DNA of 64,000 bases from Eledone cirrhosa (GCA_964016885.1 OZ024740.1:349990001-350054000), one strand, 5' to 3'; shown: positions 25,541 to 63,680, numbered from the stretch's first letter. The notes: generated by a model not told the origin, from the sequence alone. Program-made: numbers and translations.

Positions 25541-26657
25541 ACTAGCTAGAAAAATGCGTACAGCAAAAAAAAGTAATATTGTTGGAACAAACCTTTAAAA
25601 ATACAGGACAAGGAAGTAAGATAAACCTTTAAAAATACAGGACAAAGAACTAAGATAAAACTTTAAAAGAATAGGACAAGGAATATAAATTTTTACAATA
25701 ATATTAGTGGCAAAAATTTTATTGGAAAAATAGATAATTGATCAAATAAAAGTGATTTATTTGAGTAACATGAAATTACTTAATGAGAAATATCAATACA
25801 ATGAAATTGATCCCTGTCTTGTGTTCCTCCTCCAAGTCCGAGTTGTACCAACTGGTTCATTGGTTCATGAGGAAGTGGGCCAGGAAAAATGTAGGAAAAG
25901 TCATCATGGTTCATTTCTGTTCTTCCCTTCTACTCGAGCCCCCTCAGCGCCTGCATCCCCCAGCTACAATGACTCCCAAATCAGCAGTCTGTTGCTCCTG
26001 CACCAACGCCTCCACCTCCTCCCCCCTCGTCGCCTGCTTCAACTTTCATCATTGCTGCGCCAACATGCCCAGTGCTGTCTGGAAGTGGTTCAACGAGTCC
26101 GGCGCCGGCTTCACCTGCTTCAAGTGCTCTCCCAGGAAGAAGCACTCTGCCCTATCCACCTGCCCTTCTACCACTGCCCATGAAGCCAGTCCGGAACCGT
26201 CAACCGTGCCTCAAAGTGTCATCGAGGACCAGCAGGATTCCGAGTCGAACACGGGCCCATTCACCTTGGTCACTCGCCGTCATCGTCCCAGAGTCAAGAC
26301 CCGTACCCCTCCCTCTCCCCCTCCAGTTCCTGCTCCGACCCAGTCCGAGTTGCGCCGGGTCATCCGCGAGGAGTTGGACCGGGAAAGATGACAGACAAGT
26401 GATCATGGTTGGAGTGGATGCATGCGGAACATCATAGTTGTAATTGGTGTAATGATGGAAACTCAATTTTTTACCAATTGAATTTTGCCACTAATATTAT
26501 TGTAAAAATTTATATTCCTTGTCCTATTCTTTTAAAGTTTTATCTTAGTTCTTTGTCCTGTATTTTTAAAGGTTTATCTTACTTCCTTGTCCTGTATTTT
26601 TAAAGGTTTGTTCCAACAATATTACTTTTTTTTGCTGTACGCATTTTTCTAGCTAGT
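25541..26657. mobile_element. foldback-like element: ~175-bp inverted repeats (25541-25715 / 26483-26657) with internal ~34-bp tandem subrepeats
   Basis: actagctagaaaaatgcgtacagc..gtggcaaaa is mirrored at the right end. Three aaacctttaaaaatacaggacaag-type subrepeats per arm. Confidence 0.75.
25969..26425 (+). pseudogene. fragment of LINE (CR1/L2-group) ORF1 with degenerate PHD finger
   Basis: MTPKSAVCCSC..VACFNFHHCCANM..FTCFKC (C4HC3-like, one Cys lost), then a Pro/Ser linker and ELRRVIREELDRER*RQVIMVG (ERRxx-hydrophobic-G ORF1 motif interrupted by a stop). Confidence 0.6.
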
Positions 26658-29963
<3,306 letters not shown>

Positions 29964-32900
29964 CATCATCATCATCAACGTTTAACGTCCGTGTTCCACG
30001 CTTGCATGGGTTTGGACGGGGGTAGTCCCACTTGAGGCAAGAGTGATTGTCTTGCTCGCATAGGACTGTCTGGCAGGTTTTCTACAGTTGGATGCCCTTC
30101 CTAACACCAACCACATTTACAGTCTGGGACTGGAGGTTTTTACCGTGTTGCCTACACGGCCACATTACAGCGTGGACTGTGTGTTTTTTTGTCGTGACAC
30201 CTACACGATCTCATTTGTTTCGGCCTCGATGGCGCGGCACCAACATAACTTTACATAGAACGGGGTGGTGTGGATGGGGTGGGGGTGGTGGTGGTGGGAC
30301 GGGGTGTATTTTGTTAGAGATGCCTACTGGCTGGAGTAGGTTTTACTATATATTTAGGTAAGGCGGGTCTTCTCTGTTACTGAGTACCGCCAAAGGTCTC
30401 GGTCCAGTGACATTGTCTTGGAGAGGTGTAAGTGTGTGATGTCGGAGTTTATCAGCTCGTCCCAGGTTTTTCTAGGTCTGCCTATTCCGTGACTACCGTC
30501 TATCTTTATTGCCCTGCACTTTGTTATACAGCTATCGACTTTCATGCGCATCACGTGTCCATACCAACGTAGCCTTCTCTCGAGTAAACAACATCTGATC
30601 CCTCTTATCTCTAATTTTTTCCTTAGTTCGTTTATGCTTTGCCGTTCACGTATATTACTGTTACACATCCAGCGGAGCATGCAAGCTTCGTTCCTCTCTA
30701 GTCTGCGTATATCCTCTGCACACAATGCCCAGGTCTCACTGCCATGCAGCATTGCTGTTCGTATGCAGGCATCGTACAACCTGCCTTTCATTTTTAGGGA
30801 GAACCCTTTAGCAGCTAATAGTGGTATAAGCTCTCTGAACTTTTTCCAACCAGTTCTGACTCTAGCTACAGTACTTTCAGAGCACCCTCCCCCACTGCTG
30901 ATTTTATCGCCCAGGTAACGGAAGCAGTCCACTATTTCTATAGAACCCTCTGCGCAATTGAAAGAGCTAGTATTTTGTGGGCACTTGCTGCTACTTATTG
31001 CACCAGAACACCGGCCACATGTAAAATCTATGTTCTTAGTTAGCTTACCTGTGATCCCACTACATCTTTTATGCACCCATACTTTGCATTTAGGACATAA
31101 AATGGAGTTTCTACCTACGCCTTTCCTACACACCGAGCACGACCATTTCCCAGAAGGGACCGCCGCCTTGTTTTCTTTCCTACAAACTAGTACTTTGGTC
31201 TTAGCCAGGTTAATTTTAAGTCCTTTTGACTCTAGGCCGTGCTTCCATGTTTGGAATTTCTTCTCTAGCTCGGCCATTGATTCCGCTATGAGTGTCAGGT
31301 CGTCTGCGTATAGGAGTTCCCATGGGCAGCCTGTCTTGAACTCCTCTGTTATAGCCTGAAGGGCAATAATAAATAGTAGTGGGCTGAGAACAGAGCCCTG
31401 ATGGACGCCAACTTTTACGCTAAACTCTTCACTATATTCGTTGTTAATTCTAACCTTACTGATTGTTTCTTTATACATGGCTTGTATAGCCCTCACAAGC
31501 CATTCGTCAACGCCTAGTTTTCTAAGAGCCCACCAGATAATGGAGCGGGGGACTCTGTCGAAGGCTTTCTCCAAGTCGACAAAAGCTAAGTAGAGGGGTT
31601 TACCTTTAGCTAGGTACTTCTCCTGTAGTTGTCGTACTATGAAAAGAGCGTCTGTGGTACTTTTGCCTGACACAAACCCGAACTGCATTTCATCTAGGTC
31701 AATTCTCTCTCTGATTAGTTGCGCTATTACTTTTTCCGTGACCTTCATGACCTGGTCGATTAATTTAATGCCTCTATAGTTACTCCTATCTAGGGCGTCT
31801 CCTTTACCCTTATAACAGTTAACGATGATGCTGCTATGCCAGTCCTTCGGAACAACCCCATTCTGTACGACTTGGTTAACTATGCGGGTGACCATGGTGT
31901 GTCCCACCGTGCCAGATGCCTTCAGCATCTCAGCAACTATTTCCGAAGGCCCAGCCGCCTTACCCGTCTTCATATCCTTGATTGCCTTACTTATTATACT
32001 CCCCTCGACTAACACTGCTGGTCCCTCTATTGGGTCGATATGGGGGAGACTGTCTTTCTCCCATTTATTCTCCTCATCTAGTAGCCTTTCATAGTGACAC
32101 TTCCAAGCTACCTTCTTATCAGCGTCGGTGATGGCAAGTGTGCCATCGTCGTTTAGTACACACTTCTCCCCGACAATATCACGGTTTTCCTTGACGCATT
32201 GCCTAGCAATCCTGAACACCTTACGTTTTTGGTCATCGCGTTGTAGAACATGCTTGAACTTTCTTTCCTCAGCTTCCCTTCTTGCTAAGTACACTTGTCT
32301 CCTAGCTTCCCTCCTGGCCACTTGATAGTCTTCTCTACTTCCCCCATCCCGCCATACTTTCCAAGCCTGCTTTTTGGCCTTAATTGACCCCTCCACCTTA
32401 CTGTTCCACCACCATGTTACTCTCCTCCTGCCTACAGGCCTGCTCCAGCCACAGACTTCGTCTGTCGCCAACAGCAGGTTTGCTTTCAGAAATTCCCACT
32501 CTCCCTCTATATTGTCCGACTCTAAATGTTCTTCCTTACTGTCGAAAGCATCAAGTAATATGCTTTGAAATTTATTCCTGGCTGTGGGGTCCTTTAGCTT
32601 CCATATTTTTCTCCTGAGGATAGTCCTCTTCTGCTGTCGAGTACGTCTCGTCCTGACTATGAGGTCGCTAATTATCAGTCTATGTTGGGGGAGGGATTTA
32701 GTGTTTACAACAGACACTCTGTCACGTCTTCTGGTAAGGATATAATCTACCTGGCTTGTGTGTTCCCCGGATCTATAGGTGATCAGGTGATTGTCACGTT
32801 TTTTGAAGTTAGTGTTACAGATAGTTAGGTTATTTGCATCACAGAATTCCAGGATTCTGGAGCCTTCCTCATTTCTAGTACCAAACCCATAGCCTCCATG

Positions 32901-33720
32901 GATTTCGTCGTAGCCGTCACAATGTTGTCCAACGTGACCATTTAGGTCGCCTGCGATAATTATATAGTCACTGTCGGATATTTGGGAGGTAGTTAGCATC
33001 AGTGTCTCATAGAATCTGTCTTTTATAGTGCCGGGCAGTCCGCATTGGGGTGCGTACGCAGATATTACTGTCACCGTAGTTCTATTGAGGACAAGTCGTA
33101 TTTTAATTATTCTGTCGTTCACTCTATTTACGTCTATTATCTTATCTGCCCACTTTTCTGCTACCATGATTCTACTCCACCCAGCCCATCGTCGTTTCCC
33201 ACCCAGAAAAGCTTATAACATCGTTTTTTACCCTCAATGAACCTAGCAGACCCACCCCTCCACCTGGTCTCTTGAATACAACAAACATCGACCTCCTTAC
33301 GTTCAAGCATTTCTACAACCTCTTTAGCGCGACCCTTTAGGGTGCCTACATTTATGGTACCAACTCTGAAGTTTTGGATTGCGTTTGGGGTTGGGGGCGG
33401 TGGGGGGCGGGGGGGCGATGGGGTTATGTTAGCCGTCCGCGGTCGAAACAATGAGGAGTGCTCGCATTCTCGTCCAAGAGGTGAATTTGTCTTTATCTTT
33501 GGCATTGTCGCTGAGCGTCCAGATTTTTCTCTCTCTCTCCTCCACTCTCCAGGATTCCGCAGTCCATCCATCCATCATATATCGAAAGGCAACCAGGCAA
33601 GCGATAGTATAGGCCTCTGGCTTCTGATTGGTCCGCGTAATAATACTGGTGATGCGTGGGGGCTCTGGCTTATGATTGGTCCACGTAATAGCAATGGTGG
33701 GGCGGAGGGGTGTTGGGTAG
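29964..33720 (-). mobile_element. RTE-clade LINE, near full length (copy 1)
   Basis: ORF 30354-33167 plus frameshifted N-terminus 33161-33571 (GTINVGTL, CCIQETRW). APE motifs GDLNGH and QVDYIL, RT motifs FVDLEKAFD, HQGSVLSP and YADD, (GAT)n tail. 18-bp in-frame deletion relative to copy 2. Confidence 0.95.
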
Positions 33721-34336
33721 CTAGATAGAAGGTAATGATTGAATGGGGTCCTTGCATTTAACAAGCGATTAACAAAAATACAAAATTTGTTGTTCAATAC
33801 GGCCAAAAACTTTCGTATTTAACAATTAATAATACAAAAAATGTAAGATTGTTTTAGCGATAGATTGGCTATTTTGATACGAAATATGGATTGTTTTGAA
33901 AATACGCTAGAATTAGAATTTGTGGAGGTAGAGAGATGAATGAAAATCTGTACATTACGTTACATGAATATCGTGGTTAGACAGCAAAGCAATGAAATTT
34001 GGCGAAGTGAATTCCTATCATATATATATATATATAGAGAGAGAGAGAGGGGGGGTGGTGGTGGCCGCATGATGGTTGTGTGTGTTAGGCGTTTGACCGC
34101 CCCATGCCTTCGAAGAAGATGGTTGTGTGTGTTAGGCGTTTGACCGCCCCATGCCTTCGAAGAAGGAAGAAGGAAAGGATTTTTTTTTTTTTTTTTTTTG
34201 TTTTGAAGATACGCTAGAATTAGGGATTGAGGTTTGAAAATACGTTAGGAATTAAGGTTTGAAAATACGCTAGATAGAAGGTAATGATTGAATGGGGTCC
34301 TTGCATTTAACAAGCGATTAACAAAAATACAAAATA
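33720..34336. repeat. segment bounded by 67-bp direct repeats, containing a 48-bp tandem duplication (also at 49309-49928)
   Basis: gctagatagaaggtaatg..aaaaatacaaaat at 33720 and 34269. gatggttgtgtgtgttaggcgtttgaccgccccatgccttcgaagaag occurs twice. Confidence 0.85.
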
Positions 34337-34342
34337 TATATA

Positions 34343-34395
<53 letters not shown>

Positions 34396-34454
34396 CATAC
34401 ATATATATATATATATATTATATATATATACATATATATATATATACATATACA

Positions 34455-34875
<421 letters not shown>

Positions 34876-34881
34876 TATATA

Positions 34882-35016
<135 letters not shown>

Positions 35017-35031
35017 TATATACATATATAC

Positions 35032-35251
<220 letters not shown>

Positions 35252-35256
35252 TATAT

Positions 35257-36127
35257 TACCCAATGGGCGTGAACGAAGACAAATTCCGAACTGATCCACT
35301 TTGGAAAAGAGGATGCTCTGAAACTCCCGTACTCCCTTCCCTCCGGGGAAACTCTCGTGGCATCTAACAACATCAGAGACTTGGGAGTAACCGTGGACAG
35401 CAACATAAGCTGGACCACGCATATAAGCAGCAAAGTTGACATGGCCCGCAGAATGTGTTCCTGGATCCTCAGAACCTTCCAGTCGAGAGATTCCCGCACC
35501 ATTATCCTTCTCTTCTCTACTTTTGCCCGACCACACCTTGAATACTGTTGTCCACTGTGGTCTCCCCACACGAAACAAAGTATCATCAAACTTGAAGCTC
35601 CTCAAAGGGCAATCACGAAAAAGATAGATGGCATGTCAGACCTTGACTACTGGGGTCGATTAGAAAACTGAAACTTTACTCACTCCAACGTCGCCGTGAG
35701 CGTTATATTATCTGCATGATGTGGAAAATGTTCCATCATCACTGCCCAAATGATGTTGGCATCGCCTTCAAGATACACCCAAGGCTTGGGCCCCGTGCTA
35801 TCCGTCCCATTCAAAAATCTAAATCGCAACTCATAACAACAATACGGCACAATTATTTCACCGCAATCGGCCCTGCTCTCTTCAACATCACACCAGGACA
35901 CGTCAAAACAGAAACTGACCACACAAAATTCAAGAAGTCTTTGACAAATTCCTCCAAGTAATCCCGGACAAACCACCCACACCCGGATATGTCTCCGCAA
36001 ACAGTAATTCTCTTCTCGAATGGGCCATGGTGCCCAAATCCTGAATTGAAAGACTTCGCCAGGTGTGCTATTAAGTTAGACATGGCCTGGGCCAATACTG
36101 GCCAAAACATTTCAAAGTTATTCAAAG

Positions 36128-36128
<1 letters not shown>
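35257..36128 (+). mobile_element. 5'-truncated CR1-group LINE 3' end (copy 1, frameshifted)
   Basis: [32 protein letters not shown], and (ttcaaagtta)2 tail. Flanked by TA arrays. Confidence 0.88.
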
Positions 36129-42548
<6,420 letters not shown>

Positions 42549-42564
42549 CTCTTTTACTCTTTTT

Positions 42565-43878
<1,314 letters not shown>

Positions 43879-43891
43879 TACATATATATAC

Positions 43892-44053
<162 letters not shown>

Positions 44054-44074
44054 GTATAATTATATATGTATATA

Positions 44075-44168
<94 letters not shown>

Positions 44169-44178
44169 TATATGTATA

Positions 44179-44230
<52 letters not shown>

Positions 44231-44236
44231 TATATT

Positions 44237-44372
<136 letters not shown>

Positions 44373-44382
44373 TATATGTATA

Positions 44383-44438
<56 letters not shown>

Positions 44439-44444
44439 TATATT

Positions 44445-44710
<266 letters not shown>

Positions 44711-44737
44711 GTATATATATATATATATATGTATATT

Positions 44738-44768
<31 letters not shown>

Positions 44769-44793
44769 ATATATATATATATATGTATATTTA

Positions 44794-44824
<31 letters not shown>

Positions 44825-44843
44825 ATATATATATATATATGTA

Positions 44844-45053
<210 letters not shown>

Positions 45054-45240
45054 GAATATATATATATATGTAAAAACAAATAACGAAACGAAATTAAATT
45101 TCGTTTCGTTGTAACTCACTTTTGTATGACTGACGCTTAAACAATTAAGTTAAAGATGTACATCCATATATGTATACTGAAATACTAGTATGCATATGAA
45201 TACACACACGTATACATATGTAGATGTACCAAGTCTTTCA

Positions 45241-45440
45241 NNNNNNNNNNNNNNNNNNNNNNNNNNNNNNNNNNNNNNNNNNNNNNNNNNNNNNNNNNNN
45301 NNNNNNNNNNNNNNNNNNNNNNNNNNNNNNNNNNNNNNNNNNNNNNNNNNNNNNNNNNNNNNNNNNNNNNNNNNNNNNNNNNNNNNNNNNNNNNNNNNNN
45401 NNNNNNNNNNNNNNNNNNNNNNNNNNNNNNNNNNNNNNNN
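45241..45440. other. assembly gap (200 N)
   Basis: Run of N. Confidence 1.
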
Positions 45441-45523
<83 letters not shown>

Positions 45524-45534
45524 ATATATATATA

Positions 45535-48500
45535 CATCATCATCATCAACGTTTAACGTCCGTGTTCCACGCTTGCATGGGTTTGGACGGGGGTAGTCCC
45601 ACTTGAGGCAAGAGTGATTGTCTTGCTCGCATAGGACTGTCTGGCAGGTTTTCTACAGTTGGATGCCCTTCCTAACACCAACCACATTTACAGTCTGGGA
45701 CTGGGAGGTTTTTACCGTGTTGCCTACACGGCCACATTACAGCGTGGACTGTGTGTTTTTTTGTCGTGACACCTACACGATCTCATTTGTTTCGGCCTCG
45801 ATGGCGCGGCACCAACATGACTTTACATAGAACGGGGTGGTGTGGATGGGGTGGGGGTGGTGGTGGTGGGACGGGGTGTATTTTGTTAGAGATGCCTACT
45901 GGCTGGAGTAGGTTTTACTATATATTTAGGTAAGGCGGGTCTTCTCTGTTACTGAGTACCGCCAAAGGTCTCGGTCCAGTGACATTGTCTTGGAGAGGTG
46001 TAAGTGTGTGATGTCGGAGTTTATCAGCTCGTCCCAGGTTTTTCTAGGTCTGCCTATTCCGTGACTACCGTCTATCTTTATTGCCCTGCACTTTGTTATA
46101 CAGCTATCGACTTTCATGCGCATCACGTGTCCATACCAACGTAGCCTTCTCTCGAGTAAACAACATCTGATCCCTCTTATCTCTAATTTTTTCCTTAGTT
46201 CGTTTATGCTTTGCCGTTCACGTATATTACTGTTACACATCCAGCGGAGCATGCAAGCTTCGTTCCTCTCTAGTCTGCGTATATCCTCTGCACACAATGC
46301 CCAGGTCTCACTGCCATGCAGCATTGCTGTTCGTATGCAGGCATCGTACAACCTGCCTTTCATTTTTAGGGAGAACCCTTTAGCAGCTAATAGTGGTATA
46401 AGCTCTCTGAACTTTTTCCAACCAGTTCTGACTCTAGCTACAGTACTTTCAGAGCACCCTCCCCCACTGCTGATTTTATCGCCCAGGTAACGGAAGCTGT
46501 CCACTATTTCTATAGAACCCTCTGCGCAATTGAAAGAGCTAGTATTTTGTGGGCACTTGCTGCTACTTATTGCACCAGAACACCGGCCACATGTAAAATC
46601 TATGTTCTTAGTTAGCTTACCTGTGATCCCACTACATCTTTTATGCACCCATACTTTGCATTTAGGACATAAAATGGAGTTTCTACCTACGCCTTTCCTA
46701 CACACCGAGCACGACCATTTCCCAGAAGGGACCGCCGCCTTGTTTTCTTTCCTACAAACTAGTACTTTGGTCTTAGCCAGGTTAATTTTAAGTCCTTTTG
46801 ACTCTAGGCCGTGCTTCCATGTTTGGAATTTCTTCTCTAGCTCGGCCATTGATTCCGCTATGAGTGTCAGGTCGTCTGCGTATAGGAGTTCCCATGGGCA
46901 GCCTGTCTTGAACTCCTCTGTTATAGCCTGAAGGGCAATAATAAATAGTAGTGGGCTGAGAACAGAGCCCTGATGGACGCCAACTTTTACGCTAAACTCT
47001 TCACTATATTCGTTGTTAATTCTAACCTTACTGATTGTTTCTTTATACATGGCTTGTATAGCCCTCACAAGCCATTCGTCAACGCCTAGTTTTCTAAGAG
47101 CCCACCAGATAATGGAGCGGGGGACTCTGTCGAAGGCTTTCTCCAAGTCGACAAAAGCTAAGTAGAGGGGTTTACCTTTAGCTAGGTACTTCTCCTGTAG
47201 TTGTCGTACTATGAAAAGAGCGTCTGTGGTACTTTTGCCTGACACAAACCCGAACTGCATTTCATCTAGGTCAATTCTCTCTCTGATTAGTTGCGCTATT
47301 ACTTTTTCCGTGACCTTCATGACCTGGTCGATTAATTTAATGCCTCTATAGTTACTCCTATCTAGGGCGTCTCCTTTACCCTTATAACAGTTAACGATGA
47401 TGCTGCTATGCCAGTCCTTCGGAACAACCCCATTCTGTACGACTTGGTTAACTATGCGGGTGACCATGGTGTGTCCCACCGTGCCAGATGCCTTCAGCAT
47501 CTCAGCAACTATTTCCGAAGGCCCAGCCGCCTTACCCGTCTTCATATCCTTGATTGCCTTACTTATTATACTCCCCTCGACTAACACTGTTGGTCCCTCT
47601 ATTGGGTCGATATGGGGGAGACTGTCTTTCTCCCATTTATTCTCCTCATCTAGTAGCCTTTCATAGTGACACTTCCAAGCTACCTTCTTATCAGCGTCGG
47701 TGATGGCAAGTGTGCCATCGTCGTTTAGTACACACTTCTCCCCGACAATATCACGGTTTTCCTTGACGCATTGCCTAGCAATCCTGAACACCTTACGTTT
47801 TTGGTCATCGCGTTGTAGAACATGCTTGAACTTTCTTTCCTCAGCTTCCCTTCTTGCTAAGTACACTTGTCTCCTAGCTTCCCTCCTGGCCACTTGATAG
47901 TCTTCTCTACTTCCCCCATCCCGCCATACTTTCCAAGCCTGCTTTTTGGCCTTAATTGACCCCTCCACCTTACTGTTCCACCACCATGTTACTCTCCTCC
48001 TGCCTACAGGCCTGCTCCAGCCACAGACTTCGTCTGTCGCCAACAGCAGGTTTGCTTTCAGAAATTCCCACTCTCCCTCTATATTGTCCTCCTCTAAATG
48101 TTCTTCCTTACTGTCGAAAGCATCAAGTAATATGCTTTGAAATTTATTCCTGGCTGTGGGGTCCTTTAGCTTCCATATTTTTCTCCTGAGGATAGTCCTC
48201 TTCTGCTGTCGAGTACGTCTCGTCCTGACTATGAGGTCGCTAATTATCAGTCTATGTTGGGAGGTGCATTCTTCATGGGGGAGGGATTTAGTGTTTACAA
48301 CAGACACTCTGTCACGTCTTCTGGTAAGGATATAATCTACCTGGCTTGTGTGTTCCCCGGATCTATAGGTGATCAGGTGATTGTCACGTTTTTTGAAGTT
48401 AGTGTTACAGATAGTTAGGTTATTTGCATCACAGAATTCCAGGATTCTGGAGCCTTCCTCATTTCTAGTACCAAACCCATAGCCTCCATGGATTTCGTCG

Positions 48501-49310
48501 TAGCCGTCACAATGTTGTCCAACGTGACCATTTAGGTCGCCTGCGATAATTATATAGTCACTGTCGGATATTTGGGAGGTAGTTAGCATCAGTGTCTCAT
48601 AGAATCTGTCTTTTATAGTGCCGGGCAGTCCGCATTGGGGTGCGTACGCAGATATTACTGTCACCGTAGTTCTATTGAGGACAAGTCGTATTTTAATTAT
48701 TCTGTCGTTCACTCTATTTACGTCTATTATCTTATCTGCCCACTTTTCTGCTACCATGATTCCTACTCCACCCAGCCCATCGTCGTTTCCCACCCAGAAA
48801 AGCTTATAACATCGTTTTTTACCCTCAATGAACCTAGCAGACCCACCCCTCCACCTGGTCTCTTGAATACAACAAACATCGACCTCCTTACGTTCAAGCA
48901 TTTCTACAACCTCTTTAGCGCGACCCTTTAGGGTGCCTACATTTATGGTACCAACTCTGAAGTTTTGGATTGCGTTTGGGGTTGGGGGCGGTGGGGGCGG
49001 GGGGCGATGGGGTTATGTTAGCCGTCCGCGGTCGAAACAATGAGGAGTGCTCGCATTCTCGTCCAAGAGGTGAATTTGTCTTTATCTTTGGCATTGTCGC
49101 TGAGCGTCCAGATTTTTCTCTCTCTCTCCTCCACTCTCCAGGATTCCGCAGTCCATCCATCCATCATATATCGAAAGGCAACCAGGCAAGCGATAGTATA
49201 GGCCTCTGGCTTCTGATTGGTCCGCGTAATAATACTGGTGATGCGTGGGGGCTCTGGCTTATGATTGGTCCACGTAATAGCAATGGTGGGGCGGAGGGGT
49301 GTTGGGTAGC
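45535..49310 (-). mobile_element. RTE-clade LINE, near full length (copy 2)
   Basis: (GAT)n tail, 3' UTR, ORF 45926-48901, and a 5' region with two CCAAT-containing repeats (ctctggctt.tgattggtcc.cgtaata on +). Confidence 0.95.
45926..48901 (-). CDS. RTE LINE polyprotein: APE endonuclease, reverse transcriptase and embedded PHD-like zinc finger
   Basis: 991 aa uninterrupted, and the frame continues upstream through NFRVGTINVGTLKGR. CSVC..CPKC..WVHKRC..FTCGRC follows YADD. Confidence 0.9.
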   Translation of the reverse strand: MLERKEVDVCCIQETRWRGGSARFIEGKKRCYKLFWVGNDDGLGGVGIMVAEKWADKIIDVNRVNDRIIKIRLVLNRTTVTVISAYAPQCGLPGTIKDRFYETLMLTTSQISDSDYIIIAGDLNGHVGQHCDGYDEIHGGYGFGTRNEEGSRILEFCDANNLTICNTNFKKRDNHLITYRSGEHTSQVDYILTRRRDRVSVVNTKSLPHEECTSQHRLIISDLIVRTRRTRQQKRTILRRKIWKLKDPTARNKFQSILLDAFDSKEEHLEEDNIEGEWEFLKANLLLATDEVCGWSRPVGRRRVTWWWNSKVEGSIKAKKQAWKVWRDGGSREDYQVARREARRQVYLARREAEERKFKHVLQRDDQKRKVFRIARQCVKENRDIVGEKCVLNDDGTLAITDADKKVAWKCHYERLLDEENKWEKDSLPHIDPIEGPTVLVEGSIISKAIKDMKTGKAAGPSEIVAEMLKASGTVGHTMVTRIVNQVVQNGVVPKDWHSSIIVNCYKGKGDALDRSNYRGIKLIDQVMKVTEKVIAQLIRERIDLDEMQFGFVSGKSTTDALFIVRQLQEKYLAKGKPLYLAFVDLEKAFDRVPRSIIWWALRKLGVDEWLVRAIQAMYKETISKVRINNEYSEEFSVKVGVHQGSVLSPLLFIIALQAITEEFKTGCPWELLYADDLTLIAESMAELEKKFQTWKHGLESKGLKINLAKTKVLVCRKENKAAVPSGKWSCSVCRKGVGRNSILCPKCKVWVHKRCSGITGKLTKNIDFTCGRCSGAISSSKCPQNTSSFNCAEGSIEIVDSFRYLGDKISSGGGCSESTVARVRTGWKKFRELIPLLAAKGFSLKMKGRLYDACIRTAMLHGSETWALCAEDIRRLERNEACMLRWMCNSNIRERQSINELRKKLEIRGIRCCLLERRLRWYGHVMRMKVDSCITKCRAIKIDGSHGIGRPRKTWDELINSDITHLHLSKTMSLDRDLWRYSVTEKTRLT

Positions 49311-49930
49311 TAGATAGAAGGTAATGATTGAATGGGGTCCTTGCATTTAACAAGCGATTAACAAAAATACAAAATTTGTTGTTCAATACGGCCAAAAACT
49401 TTCGTATTTAACAATTAATAATACAAAAAATGTAAGATTGTTTTAGCGATAGATTGGCTATTTGGACTTGATACGAAATATGGATTGTTTTGAAAATACG
49501 CTAGAATTAGAATTTGTGGAGGTAGAGAGATGAATGAAAATCTGTACATTACGTTACATGAATATCGTGGTTAGACAGCAAAGCAATGAAATTTGGCGAA
49601 GTGAATTCCTATCATATATATATATATATATATAGAGAGAGAGGGGTGGTGGTGGTGGCCGCATGATGGTTGTGTGTGTTAGGCGTTTGACCGCCCCATG
49701 CCTTCGAAGAAGATGGTTGTGTGTGTTAGGCGTTTGACCGCCCCATGCCTTCGAAGAAGGAAGAAGGAAAGGATTTTTTTTTTTTTTTTTTTTGTTTTGA
49801 AGATACGCTAGAATTAGGGATTGAGGTTTGAAAATACGTTAGGAATTAAGGTTTGAAAATACGCTAGATAGAAGGTAATGATTGAATGGGGTCCTTGCAT
49901 TTAACAAGCGATTAACAAAAATACAAAATA

Positions 49931-50072
<142 letters not shown>

Positions 50073-50086
50073 CATATATATATATT

Positions 50087-50454
<368 letters not shown>

Positions 50455-50459
50455 TATAC

Positions 50460-50654
<195 letters not shown>

Positions 50655-50659
50655 TATAT

Positions 50660-58059
<7,400 letters not shown>

Positions 58060-58093
58060 CATATATATTTATATATACATATATATATATATG

Positions 58094-58127
<34 letters not shown>

Positions 58128-58153
58128 TATTTATATGTATATATATATATATA

Positions 58154-60262
<2,109 letters not shown>

Positions 60263-60274
60263 ACATATATATAC

Positions 60275-60377
<103 letters not shown>

Positions 60378-60402
60378 TATATGTATATATATATATGTAT
60401 AT

Positions 60403-60434
<32 letters not shown>

Positions 60435-60457
60435 ATATATATGTATAATTATATATG

Positions 60458-60503
<46 letters not shown>

Positions 60504-60589
60504 CTATATATATATATACTATATATACATATATATATATATATATATTATATATATACATATATATATTGTATATATTATATATATAT

Positions 60590-60629
<40 letters not shown>

Positions 60630-60635
60630 TATATT

Positions 60636-60738
<103 letters not shown>

Positions 60739-60792
60739 TTATATATATATATATATATACATATATATATGTATATATATATATATATATAT

Positions 60793-60834
<42 letters not shown>

Positions 60835-60840
60835 TATATT

Positions 60841-60926
<86 letters not shown>

Positions 60927-60943
60927 ATATATAGTATATATAT

Positions 60944-61118
<175 letters not shown>

Positions 61119-61128
61119 TGTATATTTA

Positions 61129-61209
<81 letters not shown>

Positions 61210-61228
61210 ATATATATATATATATGTA

Positions 61229-61547
<319 letters not shown>

Positions 61548-61548
61548 G

Positions 61549-62191
<643 letters not shown>

Positions 62192-62192
62192 C

Positions 62193-62242
<50 letters not shown>

Positions 62243-62243
62243 C

Positions 62244-62298
<55 letters not shown>

Positions 62299-62321
62299 TA
62301 TGTGTATATATATATATATAC

Positions 62322-62591
<270 letters not shown>

Positions 62592-62616
62592 GTATGTATA
62601 TATATATATATATATA

Positions 62617-63678
<1,062 letters not shown>

Positions 63679-63680
63679 TA

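Noticed and set aside
30544-33240. Plus-strand ORFs overlapping the RTE (and equivalents over the PLE, Tx1 and CR1 copies)
   Set aside because: Antisense shadows of the real retroelement frames.
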